Source: Mobula birostris
Lineage: Eukaryota
Assembly (NCBI RefSeq): GCF_030028105.1
Contig: NC_092377.1
Span: 4,779,079 to 4,843,078 of the forward strand
DNA: 64,000 nt
Direction: 5' to 3'
The translations under genes and the position numbers were made by a program. Below are positions 63,301-64,000 of the stretch, piece by piece (position 1 is the stretch's first letter; every line of letters starts with the position of its first letter). The notes under the pieces are model-generated. The model was not told where the DNA came from. It was given only the letters and a program-made list of their open reading frames with translations, and did no database searches.

Positions 63301-63870
63301 TCACTTGGAGTACTGTGGGCAGTTTTGGTCTCCTTATTTAAGAAAGGATGTGCTGACGTTGGAGAGGGTACAGAGAAGATTCACTAGAATGTATCCGGGA
63401 ATGAGAGGGTTAATATATGAGGAACGTTTGTCCGCTCTTGGACTGTATTCCTTGGAGTTTAGAAGAATGAGGGGAGACCTCATAGAAACATTTCGAATGT
63501 TGAAAGGCATGGACAGAGTGGATGTGGCAAAGTTGTTTCCCATGATGGGGGAGTCTAGTATGAGAGGGCATGACTTAAGGATTGAAGGGCGGCCTTTCAG
63601 AACAGAAATGCGAAGAAATTTTTTTAGTCAGAGGGTGGTGAATCTATGGAATTTGTTGCCACGGGCAGCAGTGGAGGCCAAGTCATTGGGTGTATTTAAG
63701 GCAGAGATTGATAGGTATCTGAGTAGCCAGGGCATCAAAGGTTATGGTGAGAAGGCAGGGGAGTGGGACTAAATGGGAGAATGGATCAGCTCATGATAAA
63801 ATGGTGGAGCAGACTCGATGGGCCGAATGGCCGACTTCTACTCCTTTGTGTTTTGGTCTTATGGATAAGT
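60400..63870 (+). mobile_element. Long CR1 LINE: ORF1 esterase, APE endonuclease, internally deleted RT, 3' end
   Basis: IGDSIVR...CIPGARVRDV...HVGTNDMG; APE ORF 61268-61906 (VAISETWL...GVYYRPP...IVGDFNFPHIDW...GSSDH). The RT middle is missing at ~62707. A Rex-type tail is inserted at ~62385-62575. C-terminal ORF 63149-63772. Confidence 0.9.
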
Positions 63871-64000
63871 TTCCGGTCCTGACAATAAAGGCTGTAGTAA
63901 ATCTAGTCAAGAAGAAAAGAAAAGCTTACGAAAGGTTCAGAGAGCTAGGTAATGTTAGAGATCTAGAAGATTATAAGGCTAACAGGGAGGAGTTTAAGAA

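Noticed and set aside
1-64000. Intact autonomous LINE, tRNA/rRNA genes or CRISPR arrays
   Set aside because: All CR1, Rex1 and Penelope copies show stops, frameshifts or deletions. tRNA-like sequence occurs only as SINE heads, and there are no regularly spaced repeat-spacer arrays.

Overview
Repeat-dense vertebrate genomic DNA. The repeat set (CR1, Rex1/L2, Penelope, V-SINE/HE1-like) suggests a cartilaginous fish, probably a ray or shark; this is inference. One host gene can be reconstructed by hand, on the minus strand over ~21.4-59.9 kb. It has three intact, non-rearranging VJ-type Ig V-domain exons (59516-59869, 57545-57892, 52924-53268), two candidate stalk micro-exons, an uncharged transmembrane exon (44883-45027) and three cytoplasmic exons (38464-38507, 34390-34433, 21364-21480). 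All junctions are GT-AG and phase-compatible. The tail carries TVYATV, MCYADI and TEYAVI tyrosine motifs. The product is predicted to be an antigen-receptor-like (NCR3/NKp30- or NITR-like) inhibitory/switch immune receptor with tandem V domains and no C domain or RSS. No leader exon was found, and it probably lies beyond the window end. The rest is transposable elements, including a Chapaev3-like DNA transposon with CAC termini and a 3-bp TSD, an inverted Penelope pair, a solo LTR with a 5-bp TSD, and a decayed Gypsy element carrying nested mini-insertions. Repeat boundaries are approximate unless TSDs are quoted.
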